Shown here: piece by piece, positions 39,169-49,007 of the stretch
Numbering within the stretch: the first letter of the stretch is position 1
Layout of the letters: each line of letters begins with the position of its first letter
Assembly (NCBI GenBank): GCA_030682495.1
Contig: JAUXOC010000026.1
Location: forward strand, 15,129 to 79,128
Length of the DNA stretch: 64,000 nt
Reading direction: 5' to 3'
DNA from: Alphaproteobacteria bacterium
GTDB lineage: Bacteria > Pseudomonadota > Alphaproteobacteria > Micavibrionales > UBA2020
The notes under the pieces: generated by a model
The model's input: only the letters and a program-made list of their open reading frames with translations
What the model was told of the DNA's origin: nothing
Database searches by the model: none
Translations under genes and position numbers: made by a program

Positions 39169-40017
39169 ATGCCTAAAGCCTCTAAAGCCCTTGCCGAACA
39201 ATTCACCAATAGCGCCGAACAGCAGCAGCGGCAACGTCAGGAAAACGAAGCCCGCGCACAGGCGCAGGCCACCGCCGCCCAAAAAGTAGCGGAAAAAACG
39301 GCCAAGGCCGCCGCAGACAGATACGCGCGCAAGATGAAAAAAGCTTTCGGACCTTACAAGAAAGACATCGAGCCACTGGTGGGCGCGCTGCGCAGCCTGC
39401 CGCCCAACAAGGACGGGCTGGAATTTTTCGTGCGCGCCGATACCCATATCAACGACAGGTTCAGCGACCGCCCCGAAGTCAAAAGCATCAGCATGTGGCT
39501 GATCTACAGCGAGGCCGCACCCGATGGGTTGAAACAAACAGGCTGCGAAACACACGGCCTTTATATGCCTAAAAAACCGCACGCGATGAAAACAGCGCCC
39601 GCGCCGCTTACCGCATGGCCTTACGGCGCGGAACCCGCGCAGGAGGAAAATCAGGATATTCTTATCTCCGACAATCCTGTTTTACATCTGCGGCTGGAGC
39701 AGACGGACGGCAAGGAAGCCATCATCCAAAGCCACCGCTACACCGAATCCTATCACTACGCCCCGAACAGCCGGCGCCCCGGCGCTTACCGCGGCGACTA
39801 CGCGTGCAGCAACCATATCCATGACAAACGCGAACATCAGCAGCTACAGGAATTCATTTCTGTGATCGCCGCATGGGTCAGCGATGTCGCGCCCGAGCGT
39901 ATCCACGAAGTGCGCGCGGCGCTTGAAAACCGCGAAGCGGCACAGCAGGCGAGCACGCTGCAAGAAACTGTGACGGTGCTGCGCCCGCTCACCGTGCACA
40001 AACGCCCGAAACCCTGA
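39169..40017 (+). CDS. Hypothetical protein, tandem-paralog family member 1
   Basis: Start at MPKASK (GGAG 8 nt upstream; the longest ORF starts at TTG 39085). Conserved blocks are LRSLPPNKDGLEFFVRAD, SMWLIYSEA, NPVLHLRL, HRYTESY, W...APERIHEVRAAL and the tail VLRPLTVHKRPKP. Confidence 0.7.
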   Translation: MPKASKALAEQFTNSAEQQQRQRQENEARAQAQATAAQKVAEKTAKAAADRYARKMKKAFGPYKKDIEPLVGALRSLPPNKDGLEFFVRADTHINDRFSDRPEVKSISMWLIYSEAAPDGLKQTGCETHGLYMPKKPHAMKTAPAPLTAWPYGAEPAQEENQDILISDNPVLHLRLEQTDGKEAIIQSHRYTESYHYAPNSRRPGAYRGDYACSNHIHDKREHQQLQEFISVIAAWVSDVAPERIHEVRAALENREAAQQASTLQETVTVLRPLTVHKRPKP

Positions 40018-40147
40018 CCGCCGCGCCTTATGCGCGAAAGCTTTCACATAGGGCACATAGGCCAGATCTTGAGATTCGCCCGCCTTTGATGGGTTGACGG
40101 TAGAGTCCCCATGTGTATTATGGCATCTCGATCAAATCAGAGGACTC

Positions 40148-40888
40148 ATGAAACGCTGGGTGCAAAAACTTCGCCAGACTTTTGCGCGCGCCGGACGGGA
40201 AGCCACCCCCGCCGCCGCGTCTGCGCCCCTGTCCGATATCCCCGCACCGCCGCCCGCACCCCCGCAAAGCACCGATGACGTCTATGCGGTTTTCGATGCG
40301 CGGGTCGCACCGCTGCTCGCCGCGCTGAAATCTCTACCGCCGGATAAGAACGGGCTGGAATTTTTTATCCGCAGTGACATCTTACGCCCCGGCGATTATC
40401 CGGAGCGTCCGGATATACCGCCGCAGATCAACGTCTGGCTGTTCCACACCCGCGAAGCCAAACCCGCCGGCAAGCTGCATGACGCCCCTACCAGTCACCT
40501 GATTAGCATCGAAAGCAAACGCAGCACGCCGGAGTGGCAGGATTTCAGCCAACAGCTGGCGCTCAGCGAAACGCCCGTGCTGCGCCTGAGCTTTAGCCCC
40601 GATGCGGAGGGAGCAGATCGCCTGACGCGCCATACCTATATCGAAAGCTATGAAACACCGCAGGCCGGAAAGACTTACAGTATTTATTGCGGCAGCTATG
40701 GCATGGTCATCGATAAATCGGCCGAAACATCCCTTGCCCGCGCCGAAGATTTCGTCTCCGAAATTGAAAGCTGGTTGAAAACCCATGCGCCCGCGCGCCT
40801 GGCCGAAGTTACACGTTTGCTGTCGCCGCCGCGCGACATCGATATTCTGCCGCCGATCAATATCCGCAAGAGAGGGCCGTCGTCATGA
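40148..40888 (+). CDS. Hypothetical protein, tandem-paralog family member 2
   Basis: Start at MKRWVQ (preceded by GAGGA). Blocks are LKSLPPDKNGLEFFIRSD, NVWLFHTREA, TPVLRLSF, HTYIESY, W...APARLAEVTRLL and the tail ILPPINIRKRGPSS. Confidence 0.7.
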   Translation: MKRWVQKLRQTFARAGREATPAAASAPLSDIPAPPPAPPQSTDDVYAVFDARVAPLLAALKSLPPDKNGLEFFIRSDILRPGDYPERPDIPPQINVWLFHTREAKPAGKLHDAPTSHLISIESKRSTPEWQDFSQQLALSETPVLRLSFSPDAEGADRLTRHTYIESYETPQAGKTYSIYCGSYGMVIDKSAETSLARAEDFVSEIESWLKTHAPARLAEVTRLLSPPRDIDILPPINIRKRGPSS

Positions 40889-41646
40889 CCGCAGAGCCGC
40901 CGCGAGGCAACAAAAAACCCGCCGCACCCTTTAACCGCGCTGCCGATAATTTCGTCAAGGGCCCCGAAGATGTTGCCCGCGCCATCGCCGCGCTGCGCGC
41001 CCGCAACCCCGCCCATAAAACCGCTGCGGAAAAAACGCAGATCGAAAAAGAAACCCATTTCCAGACCTATAGCCGCGTCATTGCGCCCTTTGTCGATATC
41101 CTGCGCGCCCTGCCGCCCAAAGACGGGCTGGAATTTTTTAGCCGCACCGATATGGACACGCAGAAAAACACTCTGCGCGTCTGGCTGTTTTACGCGCGCC
41201 CTGCCGGCGGCGGCTTTATGAACGGCGGCGTCCCCGATACGCATGGCGTTTCTGTACCAACCAAAGACCCGCAGCGCAAACAGGCCTTGACGGCGCTGGC
41301 GCTGGGCACCCGCCCTGTCTTCGAAATCACCGTGACGCCGCAGCCGGATGGCACAAGCCAAATCGAAAGCCATATCTATAGCGAAAGATACGCGCGGCAT
41401 AACGGCGCCGTGCCGCAAGGCGTTCTGCCGCGCGGCGAATTTATCGAACAAAGCGACACCCTGTCGCGCCAGAACCACGCCGCGCTGAAAAACACCCTCA
41501 CCCCGCTGCATGACTGGCTTGCACGCACCGTGCCGGAGCGCGCGGCGGAGATCAAAACCGCGCTGCGTGTCCTTGACACGCCGGAGCTGAGAGACGACGT
41601 CGCCATTCTGCGCCCCGTCACGATCCACCGCCGCCCCAAACCCTGA
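40885..41646 (+). CDS. Hypothetical protein, tandem-paralog family member 3
   Basis: ATGA overlap with member 2. Blocks are LRALPPKDGLEFFSRTD, RVWLFYARPA, RPVFEITV, HIYSERY, W...VPERAAEIKTAL and the tail ILRPVTIHRRPKP. Confidence 0.7.
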   Translation: MTAEPPRGNKKPAAPFNRAADNFVKGPEDVARAIAALRARNPAHKTAAEKTQIEKETHFQTYSRVIAPFVDILRALPPKDGLEFFSRTDMDTQKNTLRVWLFYARPAGGGFMNGGVPDTHGVSVPTKDPQRKQALTALALGTRPVFEITVTPQPDGTSQIESHIYSERYARHNGAVPQGVLPRGEFIEQSDTLSRQNHAALKNTLTPLHDWLARTVPERAAEIKTALRVLDTPELRDDVAILRPVTIHRRPKP

Positions 41647-41652
41647 GCCGCC

Positions 41653-42498
41653 ATGCCGGAATTACCCGAAGTCGAAACCGTCTGCCGCGGCCTTGATAAG
41701 GCGATCACGCGCAAAACACTGGCGCGGCTTGAATTGCGGCGCAAGGGGCTGCGGTTTCCGTTTCCGCGCGGACTGGCGCAAAGATGCGCACAGCAGCGCA
41801 TCACCGCCATTCGCCGACGCGCCAAATATATCCTGATCCATCTGGCATCGGGCGATGTGCTGATTGCGCATCTGGGCATGTCGGGGCGCATGGTGATTGT
41901 GGACAGAGACGAAAAACACACACCCGAAAAACACGATCATGTGATTTTCCACCTCATGGATGGCAGCTGCGTGGTGTTTAACGATGCACGCCGTTTTGGT
42001 GTACTGGATATTGCCGCCGAAAAAGACCTCGCGCAGTCCCGTCATTTTGCACATCTGGGGCCGGAGCCGCTGGATACTGATTTTTCCCCCGCCTATCTGA
42101 CCCAAAAACTGGCAGACAAAAAAACCGCGATCAAAATCGCGATCATGGATCAGGCCGTTGTGGTCGGTGTTGGCAATATCTATGCCGCCGAAGCTTTGTT
42201 CGAGGCGAAAATAGACCCGACGCGCGCCGCCTCTACGCTCAAGCCTGCCGAGATTAAAAAATTATGGGCAGCCATCCGCCATGTGCTTGAAAAAGCGATT
42301 GCAGCAGGCGGCAGCTCTATCCGCGATTACGTGCAAAGCGACGGGGAGCTTGGCTATTTCCAGCACCAATGGGCGGTTTACGACAAGGAAGGCGAAAAAT
42401 GCCGCGGCTGCACCTGCCCCTTGCCAAAGACCGGCGGAATCAAGAGAATAACGCAGGGTGGCCGCTCGACGTTTTACTGCGCGGCACGCCAGAAATAA
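41653..42498 (+). CDS. mutM: Formamidopyrimidine-DNA glycosylase
   Basis: MPELPEVETVCRGL N-terminus and a C-terminal zinc finger C..C...C..C (CRGCTCP...FYCAARQ). Confidence 0.95.
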   Translation: MPELPEVETVCRGLDKAITRKTLARLELRRKGLRFPFPRGLAQRCAQQRITAIRRRAKYILIHLASGDVLIAHLGMSGRMVIVDRDEKHTPEKHDHVIFHLMDGSCVVFNDARRFGVLDIAAEKDLAQSRHFAHLGPEPLDTDFSPAYLTQKLADKKTAIKIAIMDQAVVVGVGNIYAAEALFEAKIDPTRAASTLKPAEIKKLWAAIRHVLEKAIAAGGSSIRDYVQSDGELGYFQHQWAVYDKEGEKCRGCTCPLPKTGGIKRITQGGRSTFYCAARQK

Positions 42499-42525
42499 AA
42501 ACGATACCTTTACGGGGAGCCCCTG

Positions 42526-42897
42526 ATGTTCCGCATGTTTCCGATCGCCGCCGTCTTTGCGCTTTTGCTGCTGCCTGCCGCGGCGCTGGCCGATTATTCC
42601 AAAGTCATCACCGACCTGCCCCTGATGCAGACGATGACCGAAGACCTGTCGAAAATGGTGGCCTTCGATACGCCCGACGGGCGCATTCTGGAGACCACAG
42701 CCGAAACACCGGCGCCCTTCCGCCAAGTGCTCGGTTATTACAATCATGTGCTGCCGCCGCTCGGCTGGCAATTGCAAAAAGGCAGCTATAACGTCTATCG
42801 CCGCAAGAACGAAATGCTGGTCATCGACGTTTTCAGCAAACAGGACGAAAAAGGCATTCAGCAGGTGCAGTTTAAAATCGCCCCCGCCCTCAAATAA
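42526..42897 (+). CDS. Small secreted hypothetical protein
   Basis: Signal peptide MFRMFPIAAVFALLLLPAAALA. No family is recognised. Confidence 0.55.
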   Translation: MFRMFPIAAVFALLLLPAAALADYSKVITDLPLMQTMTEDLSKMVAFDTPDGRILETTAETPAPFRQVLGYYNHVLPPLGWQLQKGSYNVYRRKNEMLVIDVFSKQDEKGIQQVQFKIAPALK

Positions 42898-42948
42898 CCG
42901 GAGCTCGCCATGCACAGCGCCACATCATCGCAGAAAAAGGACATCGCC

Positions 42949-43725
42949 ATGACCTACGAAAATATCCTGACCGAGCAAAAAGGCCCTGTCGGCATTATCA
43001 CGCTGAACCGCCCCAAGGCACTGAATGCGCTGTGTCAGGCTTTGATGAACGATCTTTCGGCCGCCGTCGAAGATTTTGAAAAAGACGACAGCATCCGCGT
43101 CATGATTATCACCGGCAGCGAAAAAGCTTTTGCCGCAGGTGCGGATATCAAGGAAATGGCCGCCAAGGGCTTTGTCGATGTCTATGCCGGTGATTTTATT
43201 ACCAGCAACTGGGAGCGCATTACCCGCGCGCGCAAGCCCGTCATTGCCGCGGTCGCAGGCTATGCGCTGGGCGGCGGCTGCGAGCTGGCCATGATGTGCG
43301 ATTTTATTCTGGCGGCCGACACGGCCAAGTTCAGCCAGCCCGAAATCACCATCGGCACCATTCCGGGCGCAGGCGGTACGCAGCGCCTGACGCGCCTTGT
43401 CGGCAAATCGAAAGCGATGGAGCTGTGCCTGACCGGCCGCATGATGGATGCGGAAGAAGCCGAACGCGCCGGCCTTGTCGCCCGCATCGTGCCCGCCGCC
43501 GAGTTGATGGCCGAAGCGCTGAAAGTGGCAGAGAAAATCGCCGGCTTCTCCCCCCTCGCCACCATGATGGCGAAAGAGGCCGTGAATGCCGCACATGAAA
43601 CGACCCTGAGCGAGGGCATCAGATTCGAACGCCGCCTGTTCCACAGCAGCTTTGCCACCGAAGACCAGAAAGAAGGCATGGCTGCTTTTGTCGAAAAACG
43701 TCCGGCGGCGTTTAAAGGCAAATAA
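42949..43725 (+). CDS. Enoyl-CoA hydratase (crotonase family)
   Basis: [15 protein letters not shown]...[15 protein letters not shown]...[18 protein letters not shown]...[17 protein letters not shown]. The start was moved to ATG 42949 (AAGGA upstream). Confidence 0.9.
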   Translation: MTYENILTEQKGPVGIITLNRPKALNALCQALMNDLSAAVEDFEKDDSIRVMIITGSEKAFAAGADIKEMAAKGFVDVYAGDFITSNWERITRARKPVIAAVAGYALGGGCELAMMCDFILAADTAKFSQPEITIGTIPGAGGTQRLTRLVGKSKAMELCLTGRMMDAEEAERAGLVARIVPAAELMAEALKVAEKIAGFSPLATMMAKEAVNAAHETTLSEGIRFERRLFHSSFATEDQKEGMAAFVEKRPAAFKGK

Positions 43726-43948
43726 AACAGCCTTTTATGCCCGATTTTGCCCGATTTGGGCGGGTTTTCCGGATTATTTGCGCGCGAAGCCCTCTCGCCG
43801 GTTGACTTTGGACGGGAACAGCTTTAAAAACCGTGAAATCCTGTTGCCGCCGGGGATCACTCTGATTCTGCCGTGCGCCGGGGCTTCCGCCGGAGATATC
43901 TGCCGGTTTGACAAAGATAACGCCTTTTAAAACAGAAAGAGTACTTGA

Positions 43949-44224
43949 ATGCCCGTCCATAAGTCCGCCAAGAAACGCGTCCGCCGCAACGCCCGTGTCG
44001 CTGCTCAGAACAAGAGCCGTACGTCGCAAATGCGCGGCTCTATCCGCAAGGTTGAAGAAGCCATCGCCAAAGGTGACGAGCAAGCCGCCGCCGAAGCGCT
44101 GAAAGCCGCACAGCCGCAAATCCAGCGCGGCGCCAATAAAGGCGTTCTGCACAAGAAAACCGCATCGCGCAAAATTTCGCGTCTGTCTAAGAAAATCAAG
44201 ACGCTGAAGACGACCAAGAAATAA
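43949..44224 (+). CDS. rpsT: 30S ribosomal protein S20
   Basis: [39 protein letters not shown]...; basic, 91 aa. Confidence 0.92.
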   Translation: MPVHKSAKKRVRRNARVAAQNKSRTSQMRGSIRKVEEAIAKGDEQAAAEALKAAQPQIQRGANKGVLHKKTASRKISRLSKKIKTLKTTKK

Positions 44225-44256
44225 CAAAGACCGGGTTCACCGGCTCTCCTTACCAA

Positions 44257-44286
44257 AGAACGCCGCATTTTGCGGCGTTTTTTTTC
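44257..44286 (+). terminator. Rho-independent terminator of rpsT
   Basis: AACGCCGC-ATTTT-GCGGCGTT followed by a T-run. Confidence 0.85.
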
Positions 44287-44359
44287 GCGCGCGGCGCAGT
44301 TGCGCTACGCGCACAGCGCAATTCTCTTTCGCGCGCAGCGCAATGATGTCACCGCGCCC

Positions 44360-44468
44360 GATTCTGCCGCGATTCTTTGCGCGCTTATGATTCTGCGGGT
44401 GACCGCCGTGATTCTGCGGGCGACCGCCGCCGATTCTACGGATGATTCCCGTGCCCTGTTCCCGATTC
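44360..44468. promoter_or_regulatory. Cluster of seven GATTC (GANTC, CcrM-type methylation) sites upstream of dnaA
   Basis: GATTC occurs at 44360, 44371, 44389, 44410, 44432, 44444 and 44464. Two lie in a 21-bp direct repeat TGATTCTGCGGG(T/C)GACCGCCG (44388-44408 and 44409-44429). Further GANTC sites occur at 44521, 44664 and 44790. Confidence 0.55.
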
Positions 44469-44642
44469 ATCCTGAAATGCTGTCAATTAAAAACGCAGCG
44501 CGCCCGAATTTTTCACATCAGAATCGGACACAAAAAAACAGATTTAAAAATCGCAATAAAAAACTTTTTGCACAGACGTTTTTCATCGCAAAAAAACACC
44601 CGCGCCAAATCATAATTTAGTTCGTTTCTTGCTTTTTTAATT

Positions 44643-44651
44643 TTATCCACA
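44643..44651 (+). promoter_or_regulatory. Consensus DnaA box TTATCCACA in the dnaA upstream region
   Basis: An exact 9-mer, located at the edge of an AT-rich stretch (about 44480-44650). Confidence 0.6.
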
Positions 44652-44890
44652 ATCTCCTCTTGCGACTCTTTTTACCCGCCGTTAGTCTTGCCTCACTTCA
44701 CACCTGCACAGATAAAAAAGACAAGAGCCCGCGCGGTTTTTGAGCCTTTTCATCCTCGTGCCGGTTTTCCTTCACATAGGAAAGCAGCAGAATCGTTTAT
44801 CGTCCGTATATTTGGGCGACGGCGGAGCAGCAGCCATCCGAAGGGTGTGAAAAGGGTTTTGGGTTTAGCTTTTTTTAGTCAGAGGCGTAC

Positions 44891-46318
44891 ATGTTTGAAG
44901 GCGGGAATACGATTGTCCACAAAGACGAAACGACGGGCAGCGATTCCCTCTCTTCTCTTGCGACCTATGCCGCCGGTTTTGAGATCGTCAAAGCCGCGCT
45001 GAAATCCGACATCGGCGAGACCGCGTTCCGCAGCTGGATTCTGCCGCTGGAAGCGCGCAGGTTTGATGCCGGCGCACTCGACATCCGCGTTCCCACGCGT
45101 TTCATCCGTGACTGGGTACGCACGCATTACGGCGACCGTCTGACCCAGCTTTGCGCCCAGCATATCGCGGGCTGCACACGTATTGACTATAGCATCCAGG
45201 CCGCCGCAAAACCCGCGGCCGCCGATGCCGCGCGCCCCTATGAGCCCGTCACCACAGCGAACGAAAACGCCGCTGCCGAAGCTGCGGCAGAGCAGCTGTC
45301 CTCCGCACTGGATCCGCGCTTTACCTTTGACAATTTCATCGTCGCGCCCAGCAACGAGCTGGCCTTTGCCGCCGCCAAGAAGCTGGCGTCGGGCGAAAAC
45401 GTCACGTTCAACCCGCTGTTCCTGCAAGGCGGCGTCGGGCTGGGCAAAACGCATTTGATGCAAGCGATTGCGCAGGATGTCGCCGCGCGCGCGCCCGAAA
45501 AACGCGTCGTTTATATGTCGGCCGAAAAATTCATGTACCAGTTCGTGCGCGCGCTGCGCAGCCGCGACACCATGACGTTCAAAGAATATGTCCGCGGCGT
45601 CGATATTCTGATGATCGACGACATCCAGTTCATCTGCGGCAAGGAATCTACGGCGCAGGAATTCTTTCATACCTTCAACGCGCTGATGGATCAGGGCAAG
45701 CAGGTTGTTCTGTCTGCCGACAAGGCGCCGGGTGATCTGGAAGGTCTCGATGACCGTCTGCGCTCCCGCCTTGGTATGGGACTGGTTGCCGGTATCCAGA
45801 ACACCAGCCTTGAGCTGCGGCTCGACATTTTGCGCGCGAAATGCGTTTTGATGAAGCGCGAGATGCCCGCCGATGTGCTGGGCTTTCTGGCTGAAAAAAT
45901 CACCAATAATGTGCGGGAACTGGAAGGCGCGCTCAACCGCCTGATCGCCCATGCCGAACTGGTCGGCCGTGCCATTACGCTGGCCGGTGCCGAAGAGCTG
46001 CTGCAAGACCTGCTGCGCGCCGCCGGCCGCCGTATCACCATCGAAGACATCCAGCGCCGCGTTGCCGATCATTACAACCTGCGCATGACCGATATTCTGT
46101 CGCCCCGCCGCGCGCGCCCTGTCGCCCGTCCACGTCAGGTTGCCATGTATCTGGCCAAGGCGCTGACCGAACATTCGCTGCCCGAGATCGGCCGCAAATT
46201 CGGCGGGCGCGACCATACCACCATCATCCACGGTGTGCGCAAGATCGAAGAGCTTTTGCTGACCGACCGCCAGCTGGCCGCCGATATCGAAACCCTGAAA
46301 CAGCGCATCGCAGGTTAA
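44891..46318 (+). CDS. dnaA: Chromosomal replication initiator DnaA
   Basis: AAA+ Walker A GGVGLGKTHLM, then DDIQF, and the C-terminal DNA-binding helix region HSLPEIGRKFGGRDHTTIIHGVRKI. Confidence 0.97.
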   Translation: MFEGGNTIVHKDETTGSDSLSSLATYAAGFEIVKAALKSDIGETAFRSWILPLEARRFDAGALDIRVPTRFIRDWVRTHYGDRLTQLCAQHIAGCTRIDYSIQAAAKPAAADAARPYEPVTTANENAAAEAAAEQLSSALDPRFTFDNFIVAPSNELAFAAAKKLASGENVTFNPLFLQGGVGLGKTHLMQAIAQDVAARAPEKRVVYMSAEKFMYQFVRALRSRDTMTFKEYVRGVDILMIDDIQFICGKESTAQEFFHTFNALMDQGKQVVLSADKAPGDLEGLDDRLRSRLGMGLVAGIQNTSLELRLDILRAKCVLMKREMPADVLGFLAEKITNNVRELEGALNRLIAHAELVGRAITLAGAEELLQDLLRAAGRRITIEDIQRRVADHYNLRMTDILSPRRARPVARPRQVAMYLAKALTEHSLPEIGRKFGGRDHTTIIHGVRKIEELLLTDRQLAADIETLKQRIAG

Positions 46319-46422
46319 AACCCGCTTTCGCCCCCAGCGCCGCGCGCAAGGTCATTGGACTTTGCGCGGCTTTAGACCTATATTCCTGAAAGTGACCGTT
46401 TTTCCAACCTGCGGGGGCTCCC

Positions 46423-48393
46423 TTGCCGCTCTTTCGTCTGTTTTCCCTGTTCTGCCTGTTTTTGACGCTGACCGCCGGCTCTGCCGCCGCGCAGGTCTCC
46501 GGCATCCCCGCACAGACGCCGCGCGTCTTTCACACCGGTGCCGAAATCTTCAGCCCCGTCACCGCCACAGGCGATCAGACAACCGTACCCGCCGCCCTGC
46601 GCGTGCGCATGGAGGGCAACTGGAAGATTTACTGGCGCACCCCCGGCGATGCCGGTCTGCCGCCCGTGCTGGACTGGAGCGGGTCGCAAAACCTTGCCGA
46701 TACCAAGATGCACTGGCCCGTGCCCTACCGCTTCACGATTTTCGACATCGATAACATCGGCTACAAACACGAAGCCGTCTTCCCGCTGGATCTGACACTG
46801 GCCGAAGCGGGAGCACCGCTATCGCTGCAACTGAAGCTCGACCTTTTGGTCTGCGACGACATTTGCGTGCCGGAAACCCACCATGTGACGTTTGATCTGC
46901 CTGCGGGCGCTGCCCAGCCTTCGCCGCAAGCCGCAGATTACGCGCGCGCAAAGTCTTTGCTGCCCACGCCCGCGCATGACGGCGCGCGGTTTGACCGCAT
47001 CTGGCTCGACTATGACAGCGGCAACCGGTCTTATCTGGTGGCAGAAATGACCGTGGCAGAGAAACCCGCAAATAATGTTGATCTGTTTATCGAACATCCC
47101 GCCGCTGTGGTTTTTGGCAAGCCTGCGGCCAAACATGACGCCAAGACCGGCACGCTGGTTTTGCGCGCGCCCATACACAGCAGCGAGCCGCTCGCTAAAA
47201 TTCAGGCCGATCTTGCCTCGGGCGAGATCATGCTGACCTATGCCGACGGCGCAAAAGGGACAGAAGGCGCACTGGCTCTGTCGCCGCGTCCGGCGGATGC
47301 GCCCGTGATGTCTTCGGCTGCCACGCGCGACAAGCTGGCGGCTTTTGACTACAAAATTCTGCTCTTTGCGCTGCTCGGCGGGCTTATCCTGAATCTGATG
47401 CCCTGCGTTCTGCCGGTATTGTCGCTGAAAATTCTGTCGGTGGTCAGCCACGGCGGCAAGGACAGCCGCAGCGTGATTTTTAAAAATTTCATGGCCAGCG
47501 CGGCGGGGATTATCTTTTCGTTCTGGATCATCGCAGGCGCACTGGCGCTGATGAAAGCGGCGGGTCAGACGATTGGCTGGGGTATCCAGTTCCAGCATCC
47601 GGGCTTTCTGGTTTTCTTGACCGTTGTGGTTTTGCTTTTTGCCGCCAATATGTGGGGGCTGTTTGAAATCCCGCTGCCGCGTTTTATCGCGCGCCATGCC
47701 ACGCCCAAAGCTGCCGACGAGCCGACACTGGCCGGACATTTTCTGACCGGCGCCTTTGCCACACTCCTGGCCACACCCTGCACCGCGCCGTTTCTGGGCA
47801 CGGCCATCGGCTTTGCCCTCGCGCGCGGCACATTCGAGATTTTTACGATCTTTACCTTCCTCGGCATCGGGCTTGCGCTGCCGTATATCCTGCTGGCCGT
47901 CTCGCCGCGCGTGTTTAAATACATGCCGCGTCCGGGGGCATGGATGGTGCGCCTGCGCAAAGTGCTGGCCTTGGCGTTGGTCGCCACCGCGGTTTGGCTG
48001 GTCAGCATTCTGTTCACCATCACCGCCACCCCGGCGCTGGCCAAAGGCTGGGAGAAATTCGACCAGCCGCGTATTGCCGTAGAGCTTGCGGCGGGACGCA
48101 CGGTCTTCGTCGACGTCACCGCCGACTGGTGCCTGACGTGCAAAGCGAACAAACGCTTTGTGCTGGAGCGCCGCGACGTGCAGGTGGCTCTGTCGGCTGA
48201 TAACGTGGTGCGCTTGCAGGCCGACTGGACGCAGCGCGACGAAAGCATCGCCGCCTATCTGCAAAGCTATGGTAAATACGGTATTCCGTTTAATATCGTC
48301 TATGGCCCCGGTGCGCCGGAAGGCATCGTCCTGCCCGAGCTTTTGACACAGGACACCGTGCTGGACGCGCTGGCCGAGGCCGCAGGGGAATAA
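46423..48393 (+). CDS. Thiol:disulfide interchange protein, DsbD/ScsB family
   Basis: Signal peptide, a periplasmic N-domain, and a TM core with LNLMPCVLPVLSLK and TPCTAPFLG. The C-terminal thioredoxin fold carries WCLTC. Confidence 0.85.
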   Translation: MPLFRLFSLFCLFLTLTAGSAAAQVSGIPAQTPRVFHTGAEIFSPVTATGDQTTVPAALRVRMEGNWKIYWRTPGDAGLPPVLDWSGSQNLADTKMHWPVPYRFTIFDIDNIGYKHEAVFPLDLTLAEAGAPLSLQLKLDLLVCDDICVPETHHVTFDLPAGAAQPSPQAADYARAKSLLPTPAHDGARFDRIWLDYDSGNRSYLVAEMTVAEKPANNVDLFIEHPAAVVFGKPAAKHDAKTGTLVLRAPIHSSEPLAKIQADLASGEIMLTYADGAKGTEGALALSPRPADAPVMSSAATRDKLAAFDYKILLFALLGGLILNLMPCVLPVLSLKILSVVSHGGKDSRSVIFKNFMASAAGIIFSFWIIAGALALMKAAGQTIGWGIQFQHPGFLVFLTVVVLLFAANMWGLFEIPLPRFIARHATPKAADEPTLAGHFLTGAFATLLATPCTAPFLGTAIGFALARGTFEIFTIFTFLGIGLALPYILLAVSPRVFKYMPRPGAWMVRLRKVLALALVATAVWLVSILFTITATPALAKGWEKFDQPRIAVELAAGRTVFVDVTADWCLTCKANKRFVLERRDVQVALSADNVVRLQADWTQRDESIAAYLQSYGKYGIPFNIVYGPGAPEGIVLPELLTQDTVLDALAEAAGE

Positions 48394-48415
48394 CGTCCCC
48401 CGCTGCCTGTGATTC

Positions 48416-48973
48416 TTGCGCCCCAAGGCAGAATACCGTACCCTTGTGGTCATGACGAATGCGCCCCGCCATAAAGCCGGAGACCCCATCAGCCACAGCA
48501 TGTTTTACATGTGGCGCTGCGTGGTTGTGGTTGCGCATGCAGATGGATCGGTCGGGCCGCAGGAACTTGAATACCTGCGCCGCATCTTTGGCAATATGGA
48601 CCGTGCCTATGGCCTGAGCGCCGAACAAAAGCGTTTGCTTGAAGACGATATCGCAAACCCCAAGCGCATGGGCGAGCTACTGCCGCAAATCAACGACCCT
48701 TATTACCGCAGCCAGCTGATTTATTTCGCCGGACTGCTGGCGCATGTCGACGGGCATCTGCACCCGAACGAAGAGGCGATCCTTAAAAAACTCCGCTCCG
48801 ACCAGCTTGCCAGCCTTGATATGGAGCAAATCCGCAAAGATGTGCGCATCGCCGTTGACGATGAAATGTTCACGCATGAAATGAAAATGAACGACCTGCG
48901 CCCGAAAAGTTTTCTGGCCCGCTCGCTCGACGCCCTGCTGCTGCATATGGGCATCGACCTGATGGCCGACTAA
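48416..48973 (+). CDS. TerB-like domain protein, tandem paralog 1
   Basis: MFYMWRCVVVVAHADGSVGPQELEYLRRIF...LIYFAGLLAHVDGHLHPNEEAILKKL shows two A-x-ADG-x-hxxxE half-repeats typical of TerB/DjlA-N-like folds. The true start may be the internal MTNAPR (48452). Confidence 0.6.
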   Translation: MRPKAEYRTLVVMTNAPRHKAGDPISHSMFYMWRCVVVVAHADGSVGPQELEYLRRIFGNMDRAYGLSAEQKRLLEDDIANPKRMGELLPQINDPYYRSQLIYFAGLLAHVDGHLHPNEEAILKKLRSDQLASLDMEQIRKDVRIAVDDEMFTHEMKMNDLRPKSFLARSLDALLLHMGIDLMAD

Positions 48974-49007
48974 CCGACACCAAGACAAAGACAGACGAGG
49001 ACATGAC

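Noticed and set aside
44388-44440. CRISPR-like direct repeats (TGATTCTGCGGGYGACCGCCG x2 plus a partial copy)
   Set aside because: The copies are directly adjacent with no spacers. There are only ~2.5 copies and no cas genes nearby.
44230-44890. Chromosomal replication origin in the rpsT-dnaA spacer
   Set aside because: I found only one consensus DnaA box, and no array of boxes next to the AT-rich stretch. Alphaproteobacterial origins are usually not adjacent to dnaA. The region is better explained as a methylation- and DnaA-regulated dnaA promoter.
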